A stretch of DNA of 64,000 nucleotides from positions 160,001 to 224,000 of the forward strand of contig CBDCXL010000001.1 in NCBI GenBank assembly GCA_965223795.1. Direction: 5' to 3'. The position numbers were made by a program, and so were the translations under genes. Source of the stretch: Nitrospinales bacterium (GTDB taxonomy: Bacteria; Nitrospinota; Nitrospinia; Nitrospinales; VA-1). The stretch's first letter is position 1. Every line of letters starts with the position of its first letter. The notes beneath the pieces are model-generated. The model searched no databases, was not told the DNA's origin, and worked only from the letters and a program-made list of their open reading frames with translations. Shown piece by piece: positions 46,185-56,102 of the stretch.

Positions 46185-46326
46185 TCGGGAAGGGTTGATT
46201 TTCCGCCGATTGTCCGCATACGGCCGGTGCGGACAAGTGCAGGATTGTTGATTTTCCATCCTTTATTTATAAAAAATCAGACGCTTCAACTTTTAATGTC
46301 TGGGTTGTGTGCCGGAAGAACCGCGG

Positions 46327-46719
46327 TCATTCCTGATCCCACATGTTGACGATGCCGTTGAGGGACACCAGCCCGATGGCCTGGTTGTTCGACAGGACCA
46401 TGGCGTAGGACACGTTGAAGTTGGTCATGTGCCGGGCCGCGTAGGGCAGGGGCATGTCCGGCGGGACGGACAGGACCGGCTTGGACATGATTTCGTACAC
46501 GTGCGCTTCGTGCAGCTTGCGGCGCGCGGCGATGACTTTGCGGGCGATGTCCTTGAGCGTGAGGATCCCGTAGACGTCCAGTTCGTTGCGCGGCTCGATC
46601 AGCACGGCGTGGATCTTTTCCTTCTTCATCATGGCCAGGGCGTCCGAAACGCGGGTGACGCCTTCGATCTTCTTGAACTGCGGCATCATCACGTCGCGGA
46701 CCCGTTTGTCAGGCGGCAT
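46327..46719 (-). CDS. CBS-pair domain protein
   Basis: VRDVM...GILTLKDI...EIMSKPVLSV...GLVS. Confidence 0.9.
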   Translation of the reverse strand: MPPDKRVRDVMMPQFKKIEGVTRVSDALAMMKKEKIHAVLIEPRNELDVYGILTLKDIARKVIAARRKLHEAHVYEIMSKPVLSVPPDMPLPYAARHMTNFNVSYAMVLSNNQAIGLVSLNGIVNMWDQE

Positions 46720-46741
46720 GGGCGTTCCTTTTTATTGAGGG

Positions 46742-47089
46742 CTAGAAATAGTGTTGCCTGGCGTCTTTTTCCAGAGTGGGAAGCTGGCTTTCCAGACCGA
46801 TGGCGCGGTCCACCAGAAATGAAAACGCGATCCCGTTGCCTTGCTCGTTCAGTTTCCCCGCTTGGTAGATCGCGTCCATGATGTCGTCGGAAATGATGTC
46901 TTCGACCAGAAACAGCAGCATGTCTTTTTTCGATTCCATGGTCAGTCCGAAAAAGGATTTCTGTTCGTGAATGCCTTCGCCGCGTGCGTTCAGAATGGTG
47001 ACGCCGGTGGCGCCGGCTTTCTTGGCCGCTTCGATCACCGTGTCCTGGTAATCGTCGTTGACCAGGGCCAGAATCACTTTGAAGCGCAT
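46742..47089 (-). CDS. PII-like signalling protein
   Basis: AGATGVTILNARGEG...GNGIAF..V...IGL. Confidence 0.85.
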   Translation of the reverse strand: MRFKVILALVNDDYQDTVIEAAKKAGATGVTILNARGEGIHEQKSFFGLTMESKKDMLLFLVEDIISDDIMDAIYQAGKLNEQGNGIAFSFLVDRAIGLESQLPTLEKDARQHYF

Positions 47090-47104
47090 GTCGGTATCTT
47101 CTCC

Positions 47105-47914
47105 TTACAGTTTGTTTTTAGGGGCCGTCCGCCGCGCCCGCAATTCGCTGATCTTAGCATAGGCCAGCACGGCCATCATAGGGAAAAGGGATGCGAAGGC
47201 GATGAGCCCGAAGCCGTCGAGCAGGGGAGAGCGGCCCGGCACGTTCGAAGCGAGGCCGATGCCCAGCGCCGCCAGCACGGGGACGGTCACCGTCGAGGTG
47301 GTCACGCCGCCGGAGTCGTAGGCCAGCGGCATGATGGCTTTGGGAGCAAAATAAGTTTGAATCAAAAGGATGACGTAACCCGCGATGATGTAGGTGTACA
47401 GCGGTGTGCCGCTGACGATGCGGTAGATCCCCAGACTCACGCCGAAGGCGACGCCGAGCGCCACGGCGATGCGCAGGCCCCAGGCGGACACGGCGCCGGT
47501 GGAGATCTCGCTGGCCTTGATCGCCACGGCGATCAGGGCGGGTTCGGCGAGCGTGGTGGCAAAGCCGATCAGAAAACCGAACGCGTAGGTCCAGGCATAC
47601 AGGGAAGGCGGCACGCGGCCGGTCTCGAAGATCGACTGGACGGTTTCTTCGTCGCCGCCGGTGAGAAACCGCAAGTCGGTCAACCGGTCGGCCATCTGAA
47701 AGCTGATGGGAAAGATGCCCTGTTCGAGACCGACGATGAACAGGGCCAGCCCGACCACGACGAGCACCAGCCCGGTGAGAATCTGCTTCAGGTGCGGGAC
47801 TTTGCGCCTCAGCACCACCGCCTGAAAGAAAAACAGCACCAGCAGGATCGGCGCGATGTCCCATAGGGTGCTTTTCAGAGAATCGAGGATCGGCACGAAC
47901 CATTCGCTGTGCAT
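47105..47914 (-). CDS. DUF1538 family membrane protein
   Basis: GFATTLAEPAL, AYDSGGVTT, DGFGLIAFASL. Confidence 0.88.
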   Translation of the reverse strand: MHSEWFVPILDSLKSTLWDIAPILLVLFFFQAVVLRRKVPHLKQILTGLVLVVVGLALFIVGLEQGIFPISFQMADRLTDLRFLTGGDEETVQSIFETGRVPPSLYAWTYAFGFLIGFATTLAEPALIAVAIKASEISTGAVSAWGLRIAVALGVAFGVSLGIYRIVSGTPLYTYIIAGYVILLIQTYFAPKAIMPLAYDSGGVTTSTVTVPVLAALGIGLASNVPGRSPLLDGFGLIAFASLFPMMAVLAYAKISELRARRTAPKNKL

Positions 47915-48657
47915 CAGGCCACTCCGTAAACCGCCATCCCGTAGATGAGCACGAACAGGATGGGTGTCAGGCTGGCGAAAGCGATGAGCCCGAATCCGTC
48001 GGTCATCGGGTTGCGGCCGCGGATGGAGGCGGCGAGGCTCACGCCCAGCGCCGTCACCAGGGGCACCGTGATGGTGGAGGTGGTGATGCCGCCGGAATCG
48101 TAGGCGATGCCGATGATGGCCTTGGGGGCGTACAGCGTGGCGACGACGATCAGGCTGTAACCCGCGAGGATGAACCAGATCAGCGGCCAGCCGCGGATGA
48201 TGCGCAGCACGCCGAGGGCGATGGCGATGCCGACGGAAGCGGCGATGGTCAATCGCAGCCCCAGCACGAAACGGCCGATGGCGCTGGAGTCCGCGGCGAT
48301 CGCTCCGGAGCCGGCGGCCAGTTCACCGGCTTTGTTGGCGATGACGGTGAGCGCGGGTTCGGCGATGGTGGTGGAAAACCCGAGCGTGAAGGCGAACAGC
48401 AGCAGCCACCAGGGATTGCCTTTGCGGGTGAACTGCACGGCCAGCGATTCGCCCATCGGGAACAGGGCGGTTTCCAGTCCCATGACGAACAGGAAAAGGC
48501 CGAACACGACCAGCAGCATCGCGGGAATGGTTTTTTCAAGATCGGGCAGCGGGCTCTGGATCACGAACAGCTGAAAGAAAACCATCACGGCAACGACGGG
48601 CGCGATGTCCAAAACCGAGGCGAGGAGTTTCTGGATCAGCGGTTTCAGGAAATCCAC
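47914..48657 (-). CDS. DUF1538 family membrane protein
   Basis: GFSTTIAEPAL, AYDSGGITT, DGFGLIAFASL; stop overlaps the next start. Confidence 0.88.
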   Translation of the reverse strand: MDFLKPLIQKLLASVLDIAPVVAVMVFFQLFVIQSPLPDLEKTIPAMLLVVFGLFLFVMGLETALFPMGESLAVQFTRKGNPWWLLLFAFTLGFSTTIAEPALTVIANKAGELAAGSGAIAADSSAIGRFVLGLRLTIAASVGIAIALGVLRIIRGWPLIWFILAGYSLIVVATLYAPKAIIGIAYDSGGITTSTITVPLVTALGVSLAASIRGRNPMTDGFGLIAFASLTPILFVLIYGMAVYGVA

Positions 48658-48742
48658 AGAGCCAACCTCAAGGCTGCGAAAGGAAAGGGCGGCGGACGAT
48701 GACGCCGGGCATAAGGAATATCAAATAAGGTGGGAAGAACGG

Positions 48743-49036
48743 TTATTTTTTATCGGGGGCCTCGCGGAGCGGATCCTGCGATGGAGCCGCGTCCGCATCC
48801 TGGGCGGAACGTTCGGTGACGGCTTTGGGTTCCTCCACGTCGGACACTTCCGCCTGGTTCGCTATGGTATCGACCGAAACACCATCGGGTTCCTTGTCCG
48901 GTTCTTTCATGGACTGTTTGAAGTTTTTGATGGTTTTCCCGAAGGCGCTGCCGATCTGCGGGATTTTTCCGGCGCCAAAGATGATCATGATGATGACCAG
49001 GACAATCAACAGTTCCGGAAGGCCGATACCGCCCAT
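48743..49036 (-). CDS. tatA: Twin-arginine translocase TatA/TatE
   Basis: MGGIGLPELLIVLVIIMIIFGAGKIPQIGSAFGKTIKNFK. Confidence 0.93.
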   Translation of the reverse strand: MGGIGLPELLIVLVIIMIIFGAGKIPQIGSAFGKTIKNFKQSMKEPDKEPDGVSVDTIANQAEVSDVEEPKAVTERSAQDADAAPSQDPLREAPDKK

Positions 49037-49163
49037 CGCGGTTTCTCCATTATTAATTTTTCCAAATACTTACAGAAAGGAGTATACCTAAGGGAATATG
49101 AAAAACCAAGCTATAATACGGGGTGCTCCGGCAGGGGCGTTTATTTTATAGAAGCGAGGCCGC

Positions 49164-49676
49164 ATGAGTTCCGAAGAGCTGAACGAAGAAGATGTTCTGG
49201 ACCTGTTTTATAAAAACAAGGGCAACCTCGATGACCTGAACCGGTTGATCGACGAACGTCTGAAAGCACATCGCACGCGCAAGATCACGCTGTTTGAAAA
49301 ATTCGTGCGCTCACGAATTCAGCTCAACGCCCGGGTGCTCAAAATGGCGGACATGGAAGTTTCCCCGCAGGAGGTGGTGTTCCTGAGCAAGCATCCGGAG
49401 GTCAAGGACGTGGAAGTTCTGGATCTCAGGAAAAACGGTTTCGGCGACATCGGCCTGGAAGCGATCGTGCGGTCGCCGATGTTGACGCAGCTCAAGGTGC
49501 TGGACCTGCGCAGCAATGGAATCACGCGCCTGGGTATGGAAACGCTGGCACAGTGCGAGTCCCTGCGCCTGCTGGAAAAGCTGGATCTTAGAATGAATAA
49601 ACTGGGAAAACGCTGGGAAGAGAAACTGCTGGCGACGGGGAATTTCCCGAATCTGAATGACCTGAAAACCGCATGA
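49164..49676 (+). CDS. Short leucine-rich repeat protein
   Basis: LDLRKNGFGDIG, LDLRSNGI, LDLRMNKLG. Confidence 0.82.
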   Translation: MSSEELNEEDVLDLFYKNKGNLDDLNRLIDERLKAHRTRKITLFEKFVRSRIQLNARVLKMADMEVSPQEVVFLSKHPEVKDVEVLDLRKNGFGDIGLEAIVRSPMLTQLKVLDLRSNGITRLGMETLAQCESLRLLEKLDLRMNKLGKRWEEKLLATGNFPNLNDLKTA

Positions 49677-49710
49677 GCGCGATTCCGCCCGCGAAGCGGC
49701 ACGCGGCGTT

Positions 49711-50016
49711 TTACAGGATTAGCCGGTTTTTGTTTTCCCGGATTTTCTGAACCATCTTGTCTGCGATCTCCTGCGCCTTCACCTGATAGGACCCTTCCTC
49801 CAGAACGGTTCGGAATTTCTGCACCAGATCTTTGCGGATTTCCGATGAAGTTTGGGGTTTCGCCGCGGCCGCCTGCGGGGCTTTGGAGGACAGGGTCACC
49901 CGGTCCACCTCTTTGGAGGCGGGCGCTGCCGCCTGCGAGCCCCGCTTGATTTTCGGTGCGGGTTTGTTGATGGGGTTTTTTCTGTCCACTCGGGATGTCG
50001 GGTCTAATTCCGTCAT
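49711..50016 (-). CDS. flgM: Anti-sigma-28 factor FlgM
   Basis: DRVTLSS...IRKDLV......GSYQVKAQEIADKM. Confidence 0.85.
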   Translation of the reverse strand: MTELDPTSRVDRKNPINKPAPKIKRGSQAAAPASKEVDRVTLSSKAPQAAAAKPQTSSEIRKDLVQKFRTVLEEGSYQVKAQEIADKMVQKIRENKNRLIL

Positions 50017-50929
50017 AATATGTCTATCGGGTTCTTCCTGTACGGGAAGGTGCGGTCGCCTTTAGGGAAAACCGGTTTGCGGCTGCCTTTCCGTTTAGCG
50101 GTTGCGCCGGACGCGGGCTGAGCCTGCGGCTTTTCGCGCAACGTCTGCAAAGGCACCAAAAAAGTAACTTGTCTGCTTGTGGAAGAAATCGGAGGGAGTT
50201 GCGCAGGAAATCTAAGAACGCTGCGGCCCATTTTCCATTTCCTCCATGAAACTGGAATCGAGGGTGCTGCCAGCCTCCGGGGTTTGTTTTGTCCGGGGGC
50301 CGTCCTTCTGTCGATCATCCGGATCGACCTATGTTTAAATTTTCGGCGGGAACGCGGATTTCTTGAGCCGTTTGATAAAGAAATATCAAGAAACTCAAAA
50401 TGTTGTGAATAACCGGGTCCTCCGGACAGCCTAAGGTCCGCCGCCGCTCGTTTTGCATTGCAAAAACGGCCTTTAATTAGAATGAAATTAAAAATAATTT
50501 CTTCTGAATTCATTTAAACATTGAATATCCGAACCACTTGTAGTACCCTGAAATCAAGTGAGTTACCTCCCGTTAGCGGACCCGCTTGTGAGGATGGACT
50601 CCCCCGCCTCGCAGCGGGTCCCTCTACGTTTCCCACCGCTAACAACTCAGAACACACTTCCCGTAAATACAGCGGTTTTCGTTACCTCAGGCATGGAGTC
50701 ATTAACGACCGGCCGGCTGCGGTTTTTCCGTGCTTTTCAATGCAGGGGAATACGTTTGATGGCGAACGAGGGCGTGAAATCGGGAATGTGATTGCGGCGG
50801 GCTGCCTTCCGCGGAATTCAGGCTATGAGAGCGGCATTGGCAGCAGAAACCGGACCGCAGACGTCCGGTGTCCCGCACCTGAAAGATGAGCGGTGCGCCG
50901 TTTCCCGTCTGTAGGCGGGGAAACGGCGT

Positions 50930-51142
50930 TTAAGCGTCGTTGCCGAAATCCGAGAATTCCAGGAACTGGCTGTCGAGCGTCTGCTTGACCCATTGCGGCA
51001 CCCGCGGGCGCTCGGAATTCTGCAGGGACATGGACTCTTCCGACTTCCTGAAGTTTTCCCAGTGCGTTTCTTTGAGTTCGTTGGTGGAGACCACTTTTTT
51101 CACGGTCCCATCGGGGTTGTACACTTTCACCTCGTAAAACAT
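50930..51142 (-). CDS. Small hypothetical protein
   Basis: 70-aa ORF with AGGAG RBS and an upstream sigma-54 motif. Confidence 0.7.
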   Translation of the reverse strand: MFYEVKVYNPDGTVKKVVSTNELKETHWENFRKSEESMSLQNSERPRVPQWVKQTLDSQFLEFSDFGNDA

Positions 51143-51186
51143 GACTGTCTCCTTCTGATTTTGCGTTGGTTTTCAATGATTTGTAT

Positions 51187-51203
51187 GGCAATTCGCGTGC
51201 CAA
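51187..51203 (-). promoter_or_regulatory. Sigma-54 -24/-12 promoter
   Basis: Minus strand TTGGCACGCGAATTGC, near consensus. Confidence 0.8.
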
Positions 51204-51463
51204 ACTGTAAAATATTGAATTTTAAAGGGTTATTTCGATAAGGGTGGGTTTTTCGGGGGTGGTGATTATCGCCAATTCATACAATTTTTGGTAAAATATG
51301 ACAATTTTGGGCACAATTGAGGTGCCACAGAGGGCCCGATTTTGTGGCCTCACGATTGATTTTTTGCGGGATAATGGGGTGCGAAGCGGGGCTTGATTAC
51401 CGGAAAGATTCGGCTGGGGCGGGCAGACGCACTTCAGCCGGCAACGCGCACAGGAGAAAAAAC

Positions 51464-51679
51464 ATGACAAAACAGGCGATCACCGTGAACGGCATGAGCT
51501 GCGGCCATTGCGTGGAGACGATCAACAAGGCGGTGGGGGCGCTGCCGGGCGTGCAGGCCGTGAACGTGGAACTGGAGCTGAAACGGGTGTCCGTGGAATA
51601 CGACGCAGCGGCCACGGGACTGGAAGAAATATCCGACGCCATCGCAAAAGCAGGTTTTGAGGTGGAAGGGCAGGGCTAG
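51464..51679 (+). CDS. copZ: Copper chaperone (HMA domain)
   Basis: GMSCGHC...AGF; AGGAG RBS. Confidence 0.9.
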   Translation: MTKQAITVNGMSCGHCVETINKAVGALPGVQAVNVELELKRVSVEYDAAATGLEEISDAIAKAGFEVEGQG

Positions 51680-51722
51680 TCCAACACGAGACATCTTAAA
51701 TACCAGGAACAGGGACGATTTT

Positions 51723-52568
51723 ATGAATAAGAATTCAGTAAAATTCGTTTCGACATCACTGCAGATTCTTGCTTTTTTCAGCTTATTCGTGGCACACGCA
51801 AATTCACATGCTTCTGATAAAGCGGTAGGGACTGCTCCACGGGAGTTGGATAAACCAACCCAGACAAACCGCTCTGTGCTCAATTGTTTGAAACCTAAGG
51901 GCCATCATTTATCTTTCAAAGAATTCACTTGTCCCATTGGAGGTGAAAAATTCAAAAATCTGGTAATTGGTACGCATTCCTGGTTTGGAAGGCACCTAGA
52001 CGGGGAGCCGGTTTCTTATCTTGATTTTCCCGCGCCATTGGTGGTGTGCCCTGGCAATGGGTTTATCATCACTGAGGAAAAATACTCAGATGACGAGCTT
52101 AAAAAACTAAAAAAAGTCATTGAATCTGTGGAATACAAAGAAATATTTTCAAGAAACCATGCAAGTTATTATCTGTTTGCCAAGCAGAATGAAATGCTTC
52201 AGGAGCGAAGCGAGGATCGCTGGTGGTTTTTGTTGAACGCGACTTGGGAGGCGGATGAATGCAATGATTCAGGAAAATACAAGCTTTATGCTCATGAGGC
52301 CATAGATGCGGGAAAGCATGTTCTGAAGGAGATCAAAACAGGGGATGAAAAATATTGGAGGCTAAATGTGATCATTCCCAATCTTTATCGCAGAATAGGA
52401 GATTTTGAATCGGCTCAGGCTTGGATCGACGCACTTGATGGACGATTGCCCGAAGAAAAAAAACAGAAGGAGTATTTTGAACTTGCGTTCCGGTTGCTAC
52501 GCAGGGCGGTATTAGAACGAGACTCCTCTCAAATCCGGATCGAAGAATCCAAAACCGTTGAGAAATGA
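51723..52568 (+). CDS. Exported DUF2225-like protein (AT-rich)
   Basis: Signal peptide; FTCPIGGEKF, VVCPGNGF, LNATW and LYRRIGDFESA..W. Confidence 0.6.
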   Translation: MNKNSVKFVSTSLQILAFFSLFVAHANSHASDKAVGTAPRELDKPTQTNRSVLNCLKPKGHHLSFKEFTCPIGGEKFKNLVIGTHSWFGRHLDGEPVSYLDFPAPLVVCPGNGFIITEEKYSDDELKKLKKVIESVEYKEIFSRNHASYYLFAKQNEMLQERSEDRWWFLLNATWEADECNDSGKYKLYAHEAIDAGKHVLKEIKTGDEKYWRLNVIIPNLYRRIGDFESAQAWIDALDGRLPEEKKQKEYFELAFRLLRRAVLERDSSQIRIEESKTVEK

Positions 52569-52613
52569 ATTCATGAAGTCGTCGTTCAATTCAAAAACTT
52601 GCTTAAACCCGAT

Positions 52614-53096
52614 TCAAACCAGAACGGGGCGGGTGTCGAAATCGAGGTCTTCGCGATTGGGTTTGGGCGTGGGTTCGTTGCACAATCCGCCGCAGTCGGC
52701 GCCGCCGGAACTCACCGGGGATTCGCCGAACGTTTCCAGAAACAGGGCGTCGGTTTCGTCGAAGGCGTCCTGCATGTTCCTGCGATCCGCTTCGCCGCGC
52801 AGGCCGAAGTAGGGGAAGTGGTGGAAATACCGTCCGAACAGGTTCTCGCAGTCGGCCATGTACTTTTTGCTGTCGAGGATGTGGGTGTGCCAGAACGTGT
52901 CGATGTCCTTGCTGGGCACCAGGGTTTTGTCCGGATGGACGCGCACGAGGTAGAGAAACCGGCGGTACCAGGTTTCCAGCATCTCCGCTTTCTCGGCGGA
53001 CCAGCCGGGACCGGCCTCTCCCTTGATCAGCAGATACTTGATCGGCTCCAGATCGAGCCCGCGGTTGAACGCTGCGTATGAAATTTCCGTTTTCAT
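52614..53096 (-). CDS. Glycine-rich-domain-containing (GRDP/DUF1399-like) protein
   Basis: YRRFLYL...VPSKDIDTFWHTHIL...YMADC...HHFP. Confidence 0.75.
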   Translation of the reverse strand: MKTEISYAAFNRGLDLEPIKYLLIKGEAGPGWSAEKAEMLETWYRRFLYLVRVHPDKTLVPSKDIDTFWHTHILDSKKYMADCENLFGRYFHHFPYFGLRGEADRRNMQDAFDETDALFLETFGESPVSSGGADCGGLCNEPTPKPNREDLDFDTRPVLV

Positions 53097-53129
53097 CGTT
53101 TTTTCCCTTCGTGCATGGTGTCCGCGGTA

Positions 53130-54302
53130 TCAGGACAGCTGTTCCAGTTTGCCTATTTTGGCGCGGACGGTTTTTTCGGAACCGTTGCGGATGATCTTGA
53201 TGGTCACGACCTTGCCGATCTGCGTCTGCGCCACCATCATCTGAAATTTCTTCGAGCCCAGCACCTGCCTGCCGTCGTACTGGACGATGATGTCTCCGCG
53301 CAGAATGCCGGCATCCTTCGCCGGTGTCTTGTTGTCGACGCCGCTCACCAGCACGCCGTTTTTGACCTGACGCAATTGAAACGAGGTGGCGAGCTCCGGA
53401 GTCAGCGACTGGATGCTGACGCCGAGCCAGCCGCGTTTGACTTCTCCCTGGTCGATCAGGTCGTTCGCCACATTGAGGGCCATGTCGATGGGGATCGCGA
53501 ATCCGACGCCGGAGCCGATTTCGGCGACGGCGGTGTTGATGCCGATGATGGCGCCTTCCAGGTTGATCAGGGGGCCGCCGCTGTTGCCGGGATTGATGGA
53601 CGCGTCGGTCTGGATGAAGTTCTCGAACGTGGTGATGCCGAGGTCGCTGCGTCCCTGGCCGCTGATCACGCCGACCGTCACGGTGCCTTCCAGCCCATAG
53701 GGGTTGCCGATGGCCATGACCCATTCTCCCACCCTGACGTTACCGGAGGTGGCGAAGACCGGGCTTGCCAGCTTGCGGATCGATGCGATCTTGATCACGG
53801 CCAGATCGGTCAGGGGATCGATGCCGATGATCCGGGCGTAGTAATCCTTGCCGTTGGACAGCTTGATGAGCAGCCGGGGGACGTCCTTGATGACGTGATG
53901 GTTGGTGAGGATGTATCCCTGCGGGTTGAGCAGGACGCCGGAGCCGACGTTCTCCACGCGGTATTTTTTCTCACCCACGGTGCGCACCAGCCAGTCCTTG
54001 ATGAACGCGTACCAGGGCTTGGATTCGTCCGGGCGGTGCCAGGAGGACTGGCGCACGACACGGGTGACTTTATTGATGCCCACCACCGAGGGCTTGGTCT
54101 GCCTGGCGTTGCGGACGAACGCTTCCTGCAGCTGAACGATGTTCTTGTATTCCTGCCGGTCGGCCAGGGGGTGGGCGGTTTCCTGAACGTGGGGCGGGTC
54201 GAGCGAGGGACGTTCGTCCACGAGCCAGGCGGCCGCCGCCATGAGCGCCAGCACCAGAAGAACCGTCTGATAAAGCCTGTGGTTGTTGGAGGCCATGGAC
54301 AT
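53130..54302 (-). CDS. HtrA/Do-family serine protease with one PDZ domain
   Basis: GSGV, TNHHV, DLAVIK, GNPYG, QTDASINPGNSGGPL, RGWLGV. Confidence 0.92.
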   Translation of the reverse strand: MSMASNNHRLYQTVLLVLALMAAAAWLVDERPSLDPPHVQETAHPLADRQEYKNIVQLQEAFVRNARQTKPSVVGINKVTRVVRQSSWHRPDESKPWYAFIKDWLVRTVGEKKYRVENVGSGVLLNPQGYILTNHHVIKDVPRLLIKLSNGKDYYARIIGIDPLTDLAVIKIASIRKLASPVFATSGNVRVGEWVMAIGNPYGLEGTVTVGVISGQGRSDLGITTFENFIQTDASINPGNSGGPLINLEGAIIGINTAVAEIGSGVGFAIPIDMALNVANDLIDQGEVKRGWLGVSIQSLTPELATSFQLRQVKNGVLVSGVDNKTPAKDAGILRGDIIVQYDGRQVLGSKKFQMMVAQTQIGKVVTIKIIRNGSEKTVRAKIGKLEQLS

Positions 54303-54330
54303 TCCTTTATCGTTCGCCGGTCCCCAGTGT

Positions 54331-55062
54331 TTACTTTTGATCCTTCATGAATCCCTGATACAGCGTGACGATTCCCAGTGTCAGGTCCTGATGGGTGACG
54401 GAATCGAATCCCGCATCCCGCATGATGCCCGCGAATTCCGCTCGCATCGGAAAACGCGACACCGACTGCGGCAGGTACGCGTAGGCGTTTTTGTGGCGCG
54501 AAATCCACCGGCCGATGCGGGGCAGCACCGATTGAAAATACAGTTTGTAGCCCCAACCTAGAAGCGGCTGCGACGGATGTGAAAATTCCAGGATCACCGC
54601 CCGTCCGCCCGGTTTCAGCACCCGCGCCATCTCGCTAAGGCCGCGCGCCGGATTGGAGAAATTGCGGATGCCGAACGCGCAGACCAGACCGTCGAAACTG
54701 GCCGGGGCGAAGGGGAGATTTTCCCCGCAGCCCTTCTGCAGCGCGATCGAACCGCCGAAGCCGCGCCTGCGGATCTTGCGGGCGCCGCGCTCGAGCATGG
54801 GAGCGCTGAAATCGATGCCCGAAACCTGAACGTGCCCGTTCAGGCGCGAGGCGATTTCCAGGGCCATGTCCGCGGTGCCGGTGGCCACATCGAGAAAGCG
54901 CTCTCCTTTTCGGGGAGACAGCCGGTCCACCGCCGTTTTTCTCCAATAGCGGTCCCGGCCCGCGCTGAGCAGCGCGTTGAGCAGATCGTACCGGGGCGCG
55001 ACGGCGCCGAACATGGTTTGAACCTGCCGCGAAAATACGGCCGGATCGCCTGAAGTCTGCAT
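54331..55062 (-). CDS. ubiE: Ubiquinone/menaquinone biosynthesis methyltransferase UbiE/MenG
   Basis: MFGAVAPRYDLLN, DVATGTAD, FGIRN, RVLKPGG, LEFS, YAYLPQS. Confidence 0.92.
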   Translation of the reverse strand: MQTSGDPAVFSRQVQTMFGAVAPRYDLLNALLSAGRDRYWRKTAVDRLSPRKGERFLDVATGTADMALEIASRLNGHVQVSGIDFSAPMLERGARKIRRRGFGGSIALQKGCGENLPFAPASFDGLVCAFGIRNFSNPARGLSEMARVLKPGGRAVILEFSHPSQPLLGWGYKLYFQSVLPRIGRWISRHKNAYAYLPQSVSRFPMRAEFAGIMRDAGFDSVTHQDLTLGIVTLYQGFMKDQK

Positions 55063-55280
55063 GGTTTCGCGACGCCCCGAAGGAGCCCACTCGTTCTGTA
55101 AGCCGTTCACGCCTGCAAAGACAACGCTGTGAACGGACCGGGATGCAATGCTCGAATTCTACCACCGGAGAACATGGGGGACAAGCGGGTTTCGGCAACG
55201 GGTCCGCCGAACCGGGACGCCTTGATATTCTGAATGCGGAAGAGTAGAATTTTCGTTATTGAACATCGTGAGGGCAGGGC

Positions 55281-55829
55281 ATGAAAAAAGTACTGGTGGC
55301 GCTGGCTCCCGGTTTCGAAGAGATCGAGACCGTGACCGTGGTGGACATTCTTCGGCGTTCGGGAGCGCGCGTGACGCTTGCGGGAACGGCGGAAGGCCCG
55401 CTGGAGGGGTCGCGCGGTATCCGCATCGATCCCGATTGCCTGCTGGATGGGCTGAGCGCGGATGAGTTCGATCTGGTGGTGCTGCCGGGCGGGCAGCCGG
55501 GAACCGACAACCTGAACGCCAACGTCGGCCTGCAGGAAATCCTCAAGCGCATGCATGCGGATGGAAAGCCCATTGCGGCGATCTGCGCCGCGCCCACGGT
55601 GCTGCACGGGCTGGGCCTGCTGCACAACAAGACCGCGACCAGCCACCCGTCGGTGAAGGACAAGCTCAACGGCACCCGGTATTCCGAAAACCGGGTGGAG
55701 GTGGACGGCAATATCGTCACCAGCCGCAGCCCTGGGACGGCGATGGAGTTCGCCATGAAGCTGGTGGCCATTCTGTACGGCGAGGACAGGGTCGAAACGG
55801 TGAACAAGGGCGTGCTCGCCCGGATTTGA
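55281..55829 (+). CDS. DJ-1/YajL/PfpI family protein
   Basis: GFEEIE, LPGG, AAICAAP, TSRSPGTA. Confidence 0.92.
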   Translation: MKKVLVALAPGFEEIETVTVVDILRRSGARVTLAGTAEGPLEGSRGIRIDPDCLLDGLSADEFDLVVLPGGQPGTDNLNANVGLQEILKRMHADGKPIAAICAAPTVLHGLGLLHNKTATSHPSVKDKLNGTRYSENRVEVDGNIVTSRSPGTAMEFAMKLVAILYGEDRVETVNKGVLARI

Positions 55830-56102
55830 TTCCGGGGGGCCGGATTAAAGTCCGGCATGGGTTTTCCGACAAGGATACTGCGGAAAGAAAACAAATATTT
55901 CTGGTAAATATTATCGAGATCCTGTATAAATTGTTGAATTTTAATTGGCAATTTCAGCGGCGCCGCAGATTTCCGGTGCGCTGAAAAAAAGTTCTCCGAT
56001 TCGGTGGAACCTTTCCAGCCGAAATACATCCTAAAACTCAAGAAAACACCCGAAGCGTGATCAGGGCCGTATCTTGTAAGCGTTTTTGAGGAGGTTTTGA
56101 GA

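Noticed and set aside
50030..50160. c-di-GMP-I riboswitch or sigma-28 promoter before flgM
   Set aside because: GAAA, GCAAA and CTAA fragments and a CCGATA are present, but stems and spacing do not fit either consensus by eye
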